NCBI GenBank assembly: GCA_963727625.1
Contig: CAVSHR010000004.1
Span: 384,001 to 448,000, forward strand
Direction: 5' to 3'
Source of the DNA: an uncultured delta proteobacterium
Lineage (GTDB): Bacteria > Desulfobacterota > Binatia > UBA9968
Length of the DNA stretch: 64,000 nt
The notes below the pieces were generated by a model, which saw only the letters and a list, made by a program, of their open reading frames with translations, was not told the origin of the DNA and made no database searches. Numbering within the stretch: the stretch's first letter is position 1; the number at the start of each line of letters is the position of its first letter. Positions 37,988 through 47,877 of the stretch are shown here, in pieces. Position numbers and translations under genes: made by a program.

Positions 37988-39032
37988 GGGCGGCGGGATC
38001 TTCGGCGTAATTTCTGAGAGCAAGGTCGACCTTGGCGCTGATTTGCTCGGCGGTAATAGATTGCAGACATATCCGGCCGATCGAGCAGGTTCTGCGGTTA
38101 CAAGGAGCGCAGGCTGCCTGTCCTTGCAGCACATAGTCCTCGAACCCATAAGGTCCGGTTCGATGCGGGCTGGTCGCGCCCCAGAGCGAAATGACCGGCG
38201 TCTGCACCGCCGCGGCGATATGCATCAAGCCGGTGTCCGGGCCAAGAGCGATTTTCGCCCGTTCAATTATGCCGATCGCATGGCGCAGCGTTGTCTGCCC
38301 GACGAGATTGGTCACGGTGGCGCCTAGCGTTTCGACTTGCTGAGCCAAATCCTGATCTTCTTTGCCGCCCAGCAATACGACGTCGAGCCCATGCTCGCGG
38401 CGCAGTTGCGCGGCACATTGAGCCATCTGGGTGGGAAACCACTGTTTACTCTGCCAGCGCGCGCCGACAAAAAACACCGCAAATTTGCGGCTAGTTTTGC
38501 TGAGTTGACAGTCGACTCCGGCCCGTTCCTCGGCACTAAGATTAAATCGCCACTCTAAGGGTGCGCGCGGAATCTCCATGTAGTCGATAAACTTAAGATA
38601 GTGTTCGAGTTTTGCAATCTCATCGCCGTATCGCGGGATATGCAAATTATTAAAAAGCCAATTGCCTTCCTTGCTGTCGCGCGGGTGAAAGCCAATTCGA
38701 TGAGGCGCGCCGGACCAGCGGCTAATGATGCCACTTTTCAAATGCCGTTGCAGATCGAGCACCAGGTCAAACCGGCCAGCGCGGATGCGCGCTAAAAACG
38801 TCGCCCAAGTTTTCCGCCAGTGCGCCCGGTCGAACAGCAAAATCTCGTCGATAGCGTCGTTTCCCTGCAGCAACGGAAATGCCGCCGGCTCCACGGACCA
38901 GGCGAGGAACACACTGGGAAAGGCTCGACGCAGCAAATTCGCCAGCGGCAACCCTCGGGTCACGTCGCCGATGGAGCCGAACAGAACGATTAGAATTCGT
39001 TTTGGGTCGAATTTAGGCGTCCGAGCCTCCAT
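37971..39032 (-). CDS. GT9 heptosyltransferase (WaaC-like)
   Basis: GSIGDV, DLQ, SKQW, DTGLMHIAAA, LWGAT, CxPCxxxxC. Confidence 0.88.
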   Translation of the reverse strand: MEARTPKFDPKRILIVLFGSIGDVTRGLPLANLLRRAFPSVFLAWSVEPAAFPLLQGNDAIDEILLFDRAHWRKTWATFLARIRAGRFDLVLDLQRHLKSGIISRWSGAPHRIGFHPRDSKEGNWLFNNLHIPRYGDEIAKLEHYLKFIDYMEIPRAPLEWRFNLSAEERAGVDCQLSKTSRKFAVFFVGARWQSKQWFPTQMAQCAAQLRREHGLDVVLLGGKEDQDLAQQVETLGATVTNLVGQTTLRHAIGIIERAKIALGPDTGLMHIAAAVQTPVISLWGATSPHRTGPYGFEDYVLQGQAACAPCNRRTCSIGRICLQSITAEQISAKVDLALRNYAEDPAAHARRD

Positions 39033-39786
39033 GATAAAAATCGAGAAATTCATTCCATGCTGCGGCGGTCAAATAGCGCCGCGCCGGATCGAGCCTGCGC
39101 GCCGAACGCAGCAACCGGTTCAAGTTTTTGTTGGCCAGCTCGGGCGACAGCTTGCCTAAAAAAAGCCGCGCCTTATCGAAGTCGATCACATAGCCTTCTA
39201 CGCCGCTGCCGTTGACGCGAATCAAGATATTTTTTAGGTTTAAATCCGCGTGATAAATTCCTTCGCGATGCATTGTACGCAAGGCATCGGCCGCGGCTTT
39301 TAAAATCACTTGAACGCCGATGTGTTGAACCAAATCGCCTTGCAAAGCCGCCCACAGGTCGCTTGCGTCGCGTAGCTCCCGCGTCATCAGCCAGCCGCGG
39401 TAAAATGGCCCGCCGACGCGCCGCACACAGGCTGCATACACTTCGACGGTGCGCAGTCCCCGCCGACGCAGTTCTTCGGTAATCGCAAGCTCGCGAAACG
39501 GCCGAGGCGGCCAGGTAAAAAACCACTCCCGTGTAAAGCCGCGTAATAGTCCGCCATGGCGGTAGCTGCGCACGAGCGCAGTTTCGCCGTCGCGTAGGCG
39601 AATCGCCTGTAGGGCGGCGCGCCCTTGATACTCCCGCTGCTCTGCGCTCGAGGGATTGTCGCGGCAGATCGAACAGTCGATTTCTCCCGCGCGATCTTGG
39701 CGAACGATCAGACGATTGCCCTGGGGATCGGTCATTTTTCTAAAACCTTCGGGCACGGCGCCCCAGATCATTTTTTCCGTTAACAT
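39013..39786 (-). CDS. Kdo kinase (KdkA)-like protein
   Basis: GR.A, VRSYRHGGLL, RPFREL, HADLNLKNIL, IDFDKA, NLNRLLRS. Confidence 0.82.
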   Translation of the reverse strand: MLTEKMIWGAVPEGFRKMTDPQGNRLIVRQDRAGEIDCSICRDNPSSAEQREYQGRAALQAIRLRDGETALVRSYRHGGLLRGFTREWFFTWPPRPFRELAITEELRRRGLRTVEVYAACVRRVGGPFYRGWLMTRELRDASDLWAALQGDLVQHIGVQVILKAAADALRTMHREGIYHADLNLKNILIRVNGSGVEGYVIDFDKARLFLGKLSPELANKNLNRLLRSARRLDPARRYLTAAAWNEFLDFYHGGSDA

Positions 39787-39846
39787 TCTTTCCAGCACGG
39801 CGGCAACCATACAGATTCGGCGGAATCTCCGCATTATCCGACGGCG

Positions 39847-40947
39847 TCAGAGGGTCATAAATTCCGGTTGGAAAGACACCGTCAGCGAAAGGATACTGCG
39901 TTTTTCACGGCCGAGCAGTTTTTCGACCGCGCGCAACACCGCATCCGGGGTAATTCCCCTTATGCAGTCCTCCGTACCCAGGGGACATCGCCGCCCGCCG
40001 TGGGAACCACAGGGCCGGCAGGAAAGATTTTTTTGCACGACGATCGCATCGTTGGAATAGGGATAAAAACCGAGCTCCGGCGTGGTGGCGCAAAATAGCG
40101 CGACGGTGGGAATTTTGCGCGCTACCGCGATATGCATGGGAGCGCTGTCATTGGTGATAAAAACCCGGCATCGACTAATCGCCGCCGCCAGCTCGCGCAA
40201 TCCGATTCGCCCCACCAAATTGACCGCCGCACCGCCGCAGCGTCCTTGAATATCCTCGACGACGCCGGCATCCTCGGCGCCGCCGAAGAGCAGAACCTGA
40301 CAATCGTACTTGAGGCGCAGTAGCCGAATCAGCGCCGCGAATCCGGTCGTCGACCAGCGTTTTGTCGGCCAGACCGAACCGGGGCTAAGACCGACGATGA
40401 AATCATTTTCAGTGACGCCAAGAGCGCGCAGCTTTTGCTCCACCGTGTCTCGCGCGGCCACGCTAACCGGCAATTCGACGGCGCGTTGGCATTGTTCGGG
40501 GAGCAAACCGAAAACTCGCAAGACCGAGAGATTTCGCTCGACATCATGAAGCGTCGGATTGCGCTCGGCCCGCTGCTGAAACAAAAACCAGCCGCGGCTC
40601 TCACGAAAGCCGATTCTGTGGGGGATTGCGGCGAAGTATAGGATCAATGCGCTGCGCAGGGATTTGTGCGGTGTCAGCGCCAGGGTAAATTTCTTTTCTT
40701 TCAATCGGTCGGCCGTGCGGCGCAGCCCCCGCCAACCGCGATCGGCATTTCGCTTGTCGTCCGTGATAATCTCGTCGATGGCTGGATGATCCGCTAACAG
40801 CTCCCCGCTCAGGGGCAGACATAACACGCTTAGTTTTTTTACCGGAAAACGGCGCCGTACTTCGCTGATCAGCGGCAGCGTCAGCACCGTGTCGCCGAGA
40901 AAACTCGTTTGCAGGATCAGAACGTTTTGCCAGCTGACCGGTGCCAT
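39847..40947 (-). CDS. waaF: LPS heptosyltransferase II
   Basis: QTSFLGDTVL, PGSVWPTKRW, NDSAPMHIA, CRPCGSHG...C. Confidence 0.85.
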   Translation of the reverse strand: MAPVSWQNVLILQTSFLGDTVLTLPLISEVRRRFPVKKLSVLCLPLSGELLADHPAIDEIITDDKRNADRGWRGLRRTADRLKEKKFTLALTPHKSLRSALILYFAAIPHRIGFRESRGWFLFQQRAERNPTLHDVERNLSVLRVFGLLPEQCQRAVELPVSVAARDTVEQKLRALGVTENDFIVGLSPGSVWPTKRWSTTGFAALIRLLRLKYDCQVLLFGGAEDAGVVEDIQGRCGGAAVNLVGRIGLRELAAAISRCRVFITNDSAPMHIAVARKIPTVALFCATTPELGFYPYSNDAIVVQKNLSCRPCGSHGGRRCPLGTEDCIRGITPDAVLRAVEKLLGREKRSILSLTVSFQPEFMTL

Positions 40948-40953
40948 ACCCGC

Positions 40954-41121
40954 TTATAGGTGAATCGCTTCATCGATCAGCATCACCGGGATGTCGTCTT
41001 TGATCGGATAGAGCAACCGGCAAGCATCGCAGACCAGCCCGTCGTGGGTCTGGTTGAGATGGATATCCCCCTTGCACTTCGGACAGGCGAGGATATCCAA
41101 GAGTTCTTTGCTGATAGCCAT
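40954..41121 (-). CDS. Trm112/YcaR-family protein (55 aa)
   Basis: Below the ORF-track cutoff. MAISKELLDILACPKCKG...LVCDAC.LLYPIKDDIPVMLIDEA, with an AGGAGG SD. Confidence 0.9.
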   Translation of the reverse strand: MAISKELLDILACPKCKGDIHLNQTHDGLVCDACRLLYPIKDDIPVMLIDEAIHL

Positions 41122-41220
41122 CGGTATTCCTCCTAGACTTGCGGCTCGAGTCGCCGGACAAATTTTTGCTGGGTAACTGGCGGTAATTGTAGCCCGTACT
41201 CTGGGCTGCTCAATCGCCGT

Positions 41221-42081
41221 TCAGCGCTGGAACGGCACGAAAGCGTCCCAACCGCGCCGGTAGCTACGCTGGGACTGGATCGGATCGCGGTTGACGAACG
41301 GCCGGTAATACATGGGATGGCGCAGGCTTCGGACCTCATGCTCCAGCGCGAATTGCGGCGCGCCGTCTTTCGGATCGACGATGTCTTTAAATCGAAATTG
41401 ATGATTGCGCACATCTTCGGAAATCAGGCCGCGGTTCATGAGATAACCGTAGGGCCCGGAAAAGTTCGCCACATAAATCGCGACGTGATGACCGTCGTAT
41501 GGCGCCAGCGGCTTATCGCTCTCGCGAAAGCGTAAAGACTGCACGCGGCCAATCTTGACACGACCGAAGTCGCCCACGGCATCGCGCTCGACGGCCACCG
41601 GCGCTTGAAAAACGGATTCATAGAAGCTCAAGATCGGCGCCATGGCGCCCGGCCGCACGAAAAATTCAACCCAGGGTATTCCCAGATTCATATCGCCGAA
41701 CGCGGCCTGGTTGGGGTAACAGCGATACTGATTGCCCCACGGGCAGGTCGCCGCGATGTGATCAGCGCAGCGCTCGAAAGTAAAATGCGTATCCTTGAGT
41801 CCGTCCGCAACCGATTTAAGACGCGCCTCGAGGGCATTGAGATCCGGCACCACCACGCCGATGTGACCATCGATGACCTGGGCTTTTCGCGTCGGCAGGT
41901 GAAACTGCTGTTCGCCGACATTGATCCACATATTATTCAATCCCACGGTCAAATAAGGATCCCGCGTAAACCCCATTCCGACGACGTAAAATAGAATAGC
42001 CAGGGACTGATCGGGCACCTGAACGTTGATATGTTCGAGGGATATGATATTGCCGACATCTTCTTCGATGTATGCGTTCAT
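41221..42081 (-). CDS. Uncharacterised two-domain VOC/glyoxalase-like protein
   Basis: LEHINVQVPD...FY..GMG, QFHLP, HIGVVVPDL, GHHVAIYV; GAGG SD. Confidence 0.6.
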   Translation of the reverse strand: MNAYIEEDVGNIISLEHINVQVPDQSLAILFYVVGMGFTRDPYLTVGLNNMWINVGEQQFHLPTRKAQVIDGHIGVVVPDLNALEARLKSVADGLKDTHFTFERCADHIAATCPWGNQYRCYPNQAAFGDMNLGIPWVEFFVRPGAMAPILSFYESVFQAPVAVERDAVGDFGRVKIGRVQSLRFRESDKPLAPYDGHHVAIYVANFSGPYGYLMNRGLISEDVRNHQFRFKDIVDPKDGAPQFALEHEVRSLRHPMYYRPFVNRDPIQSQRSYRRGWDAFVPFQR

Positions 42082-42148
42082 TGGACACCTCGAGGTTGAA
42101 TGATTCTCCAGGATATTAGAGTCAATTCTGGGCTTGCGTCAATCAGGA

Positions 42149-43090
42149 TCAATCGCCCAGACCGCGGAGCCAGTTCCACTCTTCGTTCAAACCCTTTCGC
42201 AGACCCACTTTGGGCGAGTACCCGAGCTTAATGCGCGCCAAGTCGAGCCGGGCGCGGGTGTGCCGCACGTCGCCCTTTTGCCGCTCCGATCGTTTGAGCT
42301 TCGCCTTGCGCCCGGCGATGTCTTCGGCGATCGCGATCGCCTGCAACAGGCTCACCTGTGAGCCGCCGCCCAAGTTAAACACTTCGCCCCGCCCGGGATA
42401 GAGCGCCGCGGCCACCAGGCCGTCGACGATATCGGCGCAGAATGTGAAATCTCGGGTCTGTTCGCCGTCGTCAAAGAGCGGCGCTTCTTCATCGCGCAGG
42501 AGCGCGCGCATAAAAATATGAAAAAACATATCCGGACGCTGGCGCGGCCCATAGACGGTAAAAAACCGCAGGGCCACGGTGGGTACGGCGAAAGCCCGCC
42601 AATAAAGGTGGCAAAGATGCTCGGCAGCGAGCTTGGTGGCGCCATAGGGAGAAACCGGCCGGGCACCGCCTTCCTCGCGCATCGGCAGGTCATCGGTATC
42701 GCCGTACACGGACGAGGTCGACGCGTAAATAAACTTTTCGAGCTTTGAATGCTTTGCCGCCTCAAGCAGGAGCTGGGTTGCCATAATATTGTTGTCCGTG
42801 TAGCGGGCGAACTCGGCGCCCCAGCTCGACCGCACGCCGGGCTGGCCGGCGAGGTGAAACACATGGGAAATGTCACGCAGCAAATTTTTCAAATCCAAGC
42901 GCAACAGATCCGCGCCGATGAATGTAAACTTGGCGTGAGTGCGGAAAACGGCGAGATTTTGCTCCTTAAAACGGCGCGGATAGTTGTCGAGGAAATTGTC
43001 CACGCCGACCACTTCATGGCCGTCGGCAAGCAGCCTTTCCGCCAAATGCGAACCGATAAAACCGGCAACGCCAGTGACAAGCGACTTCAT
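42149..43090 (-). CDS. NAD-dependent nucleotide-sugar epimerase (UDP-glucuronate 4-epimerase-like)
   Basis: TGVAGFIG, HLAGQPGVR, SSVYG, YGATK, FFTVYGPRQRPDM. Confidence 0.9.
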   Translation of the reverse strand: MKSLVTGVAGFIGSHLAERLLADGHEVVGVDNFLDNYPRRFKEQNLAVFRTHAKFTFIGADLLRLDLKNLLRDISHVFHLAGQPGVRSSWGAEFARYTDNNIMATQLLLEAAKHSKLEKFIYASTSSVYGDTDDLPMREEGGARPVSPYGATKLAAEHLCHLYWRAFAVPTVALRFFTVYGPRQRPDMFFHIFMRALLRDEEAPLFDDGEQTRDFTFCADIVDGLVAAALYPGRGEVFNLGGGSQVSLLQAIAIAEDIAGRKAKLKRSERQKGDVRHTRARLDLARIKLGYSPKVGLRKGLNEEWNWLRGLGD

Positions 43091-43686
43091 TACTGCGAAC
43101 GCGCCCCTTCCGTCCTTTGGCAGGCATGTCTGACAATCCAGCGCGCGGCTTTCAACAGATCGCCCGCCAAAGCGGAGGGCGCAGGACCACTTTCCGAGTT
43201 CGAGTCATTTTCGGCGGCGATACGCACGGCGGTTGCACCGACTCGTCTTGCCAGCTCCATGTCGCCTTTTTTATCTCCAACAACGTAGGACGCCGTCGGA
43301 TCAAGTCCAAGTTCCACACAAGCGCGCTCGATCATACCGGTGTTTGGCTTGCGGCAAGCGCACTTAAGTCGATAAGCTCCATTCCCTTCCGTCGGATGGT
43401 GCGGGCAATAATAAACCCCGTCCAGATTTACCCCGCTTCGCGCCAGCTCCGTCGCCAGGGCGTCGTGAATCCGGCCGAGCTCATCTTCCGATAACCAGCC
43501 ACGGGCCACCGCTGATTGATTTGTTACCATCACGAGCTTGAAACCAAAATTTCCCAAAAGCACCAGAGCCTCCGGCACCCCGGGTAAAATTTCCAATTGA
43601 TCGACGCGCCGCAGATAACCCACCTCGCGGATCAGCGTGCCGTCACGGTCGAGAAACACAGCGGCGCCGCGCGCCAAAGCCATCAT
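43090..43686 (-). CDS. gmhB: D,D-heptose 1,7-bisphosphate phosphatase
   Basis: FLDRDGT, TNQS, CPHHP, CRKP, VGD. Confidence 0.9.
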   Translation of the reverse strand: MMALARGAAVFLDRDGTLIREVGYLRRVDQLEILPGVPEALVLLGNFGFKLVMVTNQSAVARGWLSEDELGRIHDALATELARSGVNLDGVYYCPHHPTEGNGAYRLKCACRKPNTGMIERACVELGLDPTASYVVGDKKGDMELARRVGATAVRIAAENDSNSESGPAPSALAGDLLKAARWIVRHACQRTEGARSQ

Positions 43687-44774
43687 GCGACCCGGCTTTC
43701 CGCCTGTCGTAGCTTGGCAACGATGGCGTCGACCAGCGCAACGCCGTTTTCCACGGACATGGCGATCCGCAAGGCCAACAAACGGTCTTTAGCGAAGGGG
43801 AAACGGTTGAGCTTCACAATATCCTTCTCGGTCGTGATGATCAAATCCACCAGCCTCGCCATGCGGCTGATCTGTTGCCAGTCACCGGTGGTGTAAGAAT
43901 GATGGTCGGGAAATTCGAGGGTCTCGACGATCTCGCCTTCCCATTCATGGATCAGGCGGTAGAAACCTCTGGGATCGCCTACGCCTGTGACGGTGAGTAT
44001 TTTGCTGCGATAGATCATGGAAAGGGGAAATGTTTTCAGTTGCGGCGCGCCAAGACCGATGAGGCAGACCGGACAAATTGCTCCGGAAAACGCTGCGCCG
44101 GCGCGGTCCGTGGGAATCGCCCGCTTCCATTCGTCATGACTTCCGGTCGTCAAAAAAAAATCGGCGCGCCGGAGATTTTTTCGCGGCTCGCGGAATGGTC
44201 CGGCCGGAAGCATCCGCCCGGAGCTGTCCGATCCTAAAAGCAAGAGGTCCACAGCCCTTTTTACCCGGCGATGTTGGAATCCATCATCGAGAATAAAGAC
44301 ATCGACATCAGTCACACGCAAAAGCGCGGCGGCAGCTGCGCTGCGATTGCCGGCGATGCCGACGGTCTCGCCGTAGAGCTGAGCCATCATTAACGGCTCA
44401 TCGCCCGACTTAAGCACGTCCAAATCGTTTTGGGACGGCATCGCCGCTTCGGCCCGCGGCTGGACGACGACCGGTCGGGTCTCCTTGCGACGGTAACCAC
44501 GGCTCAATATCCCGACTCTATACCCTCGTTCCTTCAACGCCTGGGAAAGCCACAGACAGGTGGGAGTTTTACCGGTGCCGCCCACCGTGAGGTTGCCCAC
44601 ACTAATCACCGGTCGGGGCAAATATGACGACTGTAGCCAGCCTAGCTTAAAGAAGGCATTACGGAGCTGAACACCGATAACGTAAACCCATGAAAGCGGC
44701 AACAAAAAAAACCACAGTAGCTTTCCCCGTCCGCCCCTCCATTCCCACACCTCTCGAGCCAACGCGTCCGTCAT
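43683..44774 (-). CDS. lpxK: Tetraacyldisaccharide 4'-kinase
   Basis: VGNLTVGGTGKTP, SRGY, GDEP, LDDGFQH, PAGPFRE, TTEKD. Confidence 0.95.
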   Translation of the reverse strand: MTDALAREVWEWRGGRGKLLWFFLLPLSWVYVIGVQLRNAFFKLGWLQSSYLPRPVISVGNLTVGGTGKTPTCLWLSQALKERGYRVGILSRGYRRKETRPVVVQPRAEAAMPSQNDLDVLKSGDEPLMMAQLYGETVGIAGNRSAAAAALLRVTDVDVFILDDGFQHRRVKRAVDLLLLGSDSSGRMLPAGPFREPRKNLRRADFFLTTGSHDEWKRAIPTDRAGAAFSGAICPVCLIGLGAPQLKTFPLSMIYRSKILTVTGVGDPRGFYRLIHEWEGEIVETLEFPDHHSYTTGDWQQISRMARLVDLIITTEKDIVKLNRFPFAKDRLLALRIAMSVENGVALVDAIVAKLRQAESRVA

Positions 44775-44825
44775 AGTCGCTCAACAACTGCCTCCGCTGT
44801 CAACGCGATCTGCACAAGTTCAGGC

Positions 44826-46094
44826 TCACAAATAACGCTCAGCCAACTGCAAGTTGCCAGCAAAGGCGTTTTGATTGGCGCCAACCACTTGCAAAGCGCT
44901 TTCGCCCATGCGCCGGCGCTTATCCGCGTCGAGCAATAGATCTACTAAAGCCCGAGCCAGATCCGCCGCGCCGCGCACCTCGATGGCCGCTCCTCGTTCT
45001 TTCAATTCCTCGGCAACCGCCTTGAAGTTGGTCATAAATGGACCAAACAAAATCGGCTTGCGCAAGCACGCCGGCTCCAAAACATTATGGCCGCCGACAT
45101 CCACCAGGCTGCCGCCGACAAAAGCGATATCGCCGGCGGCGAAAAAATCCGCCAGCTCACCCACCGTATCGAGCAACAAAACATCCTGGGCGAAATAACG
45201 ATCGGCGCTTAAGCAGCTTTTGCGTTGAAAGGCAAAGGAGCTATTGACCAGCAGCCTTTCCACTTCGGCAAAGCGCTCGGGGTGCCGCGGCGCCAAAACC
45301 ATTGAAAGCTCGGGACACTCCTTGCGCGCCGAGCGCAGCGCTTCGAGCAAGATCTCCTCCTCGCCGCGATGCGAACTCCCCGCCACCAGCAACTGCCGAC
45401 GCGGATCGCGCGCCAAGGCGAGGCGCTGGCCATTGCCATTGAGGGGGCGCGAGGCATATTTCAGACTCCCGACCACCGTCACTTTACCCGGCGCCGCGCC
45501 GAGCTTGACCATGCGTGACGCGTCAGCCGGTGACTGCATGCCTATGACCGTGAAAAATCTCAGTGCGCGCCGGAATAAACCGCGAAACAACCAATAACGC
45601 GAGAACGCCTTTTCGGATAGCCGTCCGCTCAAAAGCAACGTCGGCACACCGCGCCGATAGGCTTGATGCAGAAGATTGGGCCAGATCTCAGTCTCGACGA
45701 TCACCAGCAGGGACGGATCGAAAACAGTCAGGGCCCGGCGCACCGCCCAGAAACAATCCAAGGGCAAAAAAATGGCCGAATCGACACCCGTGATTTGCCT
45801 GGCGACTCGATTGCCGGTAGCGGTAAACGTCGATACCAGCACCTTGCGCCCCGGCACCCGCGCCTTGAGCTCCCGCACCAGCGCTTCGGCGGAGCGGACC
45901 TCCCCCACCGAAGCCGCGTGGATCCAGACCGGCCTCGCTGATGCGAATATTTCCCTAATGCTGCGTGGATAAAGCCCTAAACGCTGGCCGAGGCCGGCTC
46001 GATAGCGTTCGCCTAGAAACAACACCAACGGCACTAAGGGCAGCGCGAGCACAAAGACCCCGGCCAAGGCTAAATTATAGCTCAAATACCACAT
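44826..46094 (-). CDS. waaA: Kdo transferase
   Basis: WIHAASVGE, ETEIWP, APRHPER, GGHNVLEP. Confidence 0.95.
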   Translation of the reverse strand: MWYLSYNLALAGVFVLALPLVPLVLFLGERYRAGLGQRLGLYPRSIREIFASARPVWIHAASVGEVRSAEALVRELKARVPGRKVLVSTFTATGNRVARQITGVDSAIFLPLDCFWAVRRALTVFDPSLLVIVETEIWPNLLHQAYRRGVPTLLLSGRLSEKAFSRYWLFRGLFRRALRFFTVIGMQSPADASRMVKLGAAPGKVTVVGSLKYASRPLNGNGQRLALARDPRRQLLVAGSSHRGEEEILLEALRSARKECPELSMVLAPRHPERFAEVERLLVNSSFAFQRKSCLSADRYFAQDVLLLDTVGELADFFAAGDIAFVGGSLVDVGGHNVLEPACLRKPILFGPFMTNFKAVAEELKERGAAIEVRGAADLARALVDLLLDADKRRRMGESALQVVGANQNAFAGNLQLAERYL

Positions 46095-46108
46095 GGCGCG
46101 GCTGCAAC

Positions 46109-47863
46109 TCAGTGCAGGACCTCTCGTTCCTCGGATTGCCGTACTTCTAAGGCTTGAATCGCGTAGAGGCGGCTGTACTCGCCGTTTTTGTGCAGCAGCT
46201 CATCGTGGCGGCCTTCCTCGGTGATCGCCCCATCCACCATGACGACGATACGGTCCGCCTTGCGGATGGTCGACAAGCGGTGCGCAATGACGATGGTCGT
46301 GCGCGTCGCCATGAGAGTCTCCAAGGCATCCTGCACTGACCGTTCCGATTCCGCGTCCAACGACGAGGTTGCCTCATCGAGGATTAAAATCGGGGCATTT
46401 TTCAGCAGTGCGCGGGCGATCGCCAGACGCTGGCGCTGCCCGCCGGAAAGTTGCATGCCCATTTCGCCGATTACCGAATCGTAACCGTCCGGCAGCGTCG
46501 AAATGAACTCGTGGGCGTTGGCCGCGTTCGCTGCTGCGATGATGTCCTCCATCCGCCGCGTAGGCTCGCCGTACGCAATATTATTTCTTATAGAATCGTT
46601 GAATAGAAAGGTATGTTGAGTGACGATGCCAATCTGCTCGCGCAGCGAGCGTACGGTCAAATCCCGCACATCGACGCCGTCGATCGTCACCGAGCCACCA
46701 TTTACGTCATATAATCTCGGAATCAGATCGACCAGCGTACTCTTGCCTACGCCGCTCATACCGACCAGCGCGATCATCTGCCCCGCTTCGATCGTCAGAT
46801 CGATGTTTTTTAACACCGGCGTTTCCTTGTAGGCAAAGCTAACTCTGTGGAGCTCGATGCTTTGCGAGAACGGCTGGGCGACTTTCGCATCGGGCTTGTC
46901 GCGAATTTCCGGCGTTTCATCGAGGATCTCAAAGACTCTCTCGGCACCGGCCAATCCTTGATGCACCTGGGTGTAGGTCCGAGCTAGCCCTTTAAACGGG
47001 CCATACATCAAAAACATCGCGGCCATGAAGGCCATAAACTCGCCCTGAGTCCGGGCGCCGCCGACGACGCTCCAGCCACCGTACCAGACCACGGCGCCGA
47101 TACCGAAGGAAGCCAGCAACTCCATCGATGGGGCGACAAACGCCTTGATCCGGCTGGCGCGCAGCGATTGTTTGAACAGCCGCCAATTTTCCTGCTGAAA
47201 TCGTTGATCCTCGTAGCGCTCCATACCAAAGGCTTTGACGATCCGATTGCCCTGAATGCTCTCTTGCAAAAGCGCCGTCAAGTTTCCAGTGCTAATCTGG
47301 CCGCGTCGGGTAAATCCTTTGATTTTTCGGCTCAGTCGCATGATCGGCAACACCGACGCAGGAAAGACAAAGAAAGCCATGGAGGCCAGCACCCAGTCCT
47401 TCATGAATGCCACCACCACCAGGGCAACCAACGAAACCGAGTCCTTCATGAATGAGGCCAAGGCGTCGGTGATCGAGTAGCGCAAAAGCTGAACGTCGCT
47501 ATTGACCCGTGCGATCAGCGTCCCGGTGGGATGTCGGTAGAAGAAGGAAACCGAAAGCGATTGAAAATGACGGTTGAGCGCGTTGCGAACGTCGTTGACG
47601 ATGCGCAAGCCGACGTAATTGGTCAAGTAACTCTGGCCAAAGTTCATCAAACCGCGAAACGCGAAAAGACCGACGATTAATATTGGCAGATATTTGAGCG
47701 CGTCGGGATCTTTCTTGGTGAATACATCGTCGATGATTCGCTGCACCAAAAACGGCAGCGTGCCGTCGGTGGCGCCGAAACAGACCATGCAGACCATACC
47801 GAGGATAAAAAATGGCCATAGGTAAGGCTTCAAATATTTCAGTAAACGAAGGTAATTATTCAC
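46109..47863 (-). CDS. msbA: Lipid A export ABC transporter
   Basis: TM domain plus ABC domain (GMSGVGKS, LSGGQRQR, DEATS), located between lpxB and waaA. Confidence 0.92.
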   Translation of the reverse strand: MNNYLRLLKYLKPYLWPFFILGMVCMVCFGATDGTLPFLVQRIIDDVFTKKDPDALKYLPILIVGLFAFRGLMNFGQSYLTNYVGLRIVNDVRNALNRHFQSLSVSFFYRHPTGTLIARVNSDVQLLRYSITDALASFMKDSVSLVALVVVAFMKDWVLASMAFFVFPASVLPIMRLSRKIKGFTRRGQISTGNLTALLQESIQGNRIVKAFGMERYEDQRFQQENWRLFKQSLRASRIKAFVAPSMELLASFGIGAVVWYGGWSVVGGARTQGEFMAFMAAMFLMYGPFKGLARTYTQVHQGLAGAERVFEILDETPEIRDKPDAKVAQPFSQSIELHRVSFAYKETPVLKNIDLTIEAGQMIALVGMSGVGKSTLVDLIPRLYDVNGGSVTIDGVDVRDLTVRSLREQIGIVTQHTFLFNDSIRNNIAYGEPTRRMEDIIAAANAANAHEFISTLPDGYDSVIGEMGMQLSGGQRQRLAIARALLKNAPILILDEATSSLDAESERSVQDALETLMATRTTIVIAHRLSTIRKADRIVVMVDGAITEEGRHDELLHKNGEYSRLYAIQALEVRQSEEREVLH

Positions 47864-47877
47864 GTTACAACGCTTTC

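Noticed and set aside
44152-44160. T9 tract in lpxK (also T8 tracts near 44704 and 37279) as phase-variation sites
   Set aside because: The tracts are short, in frame and encode Phe-rich stretches; lpxK is normally essential.
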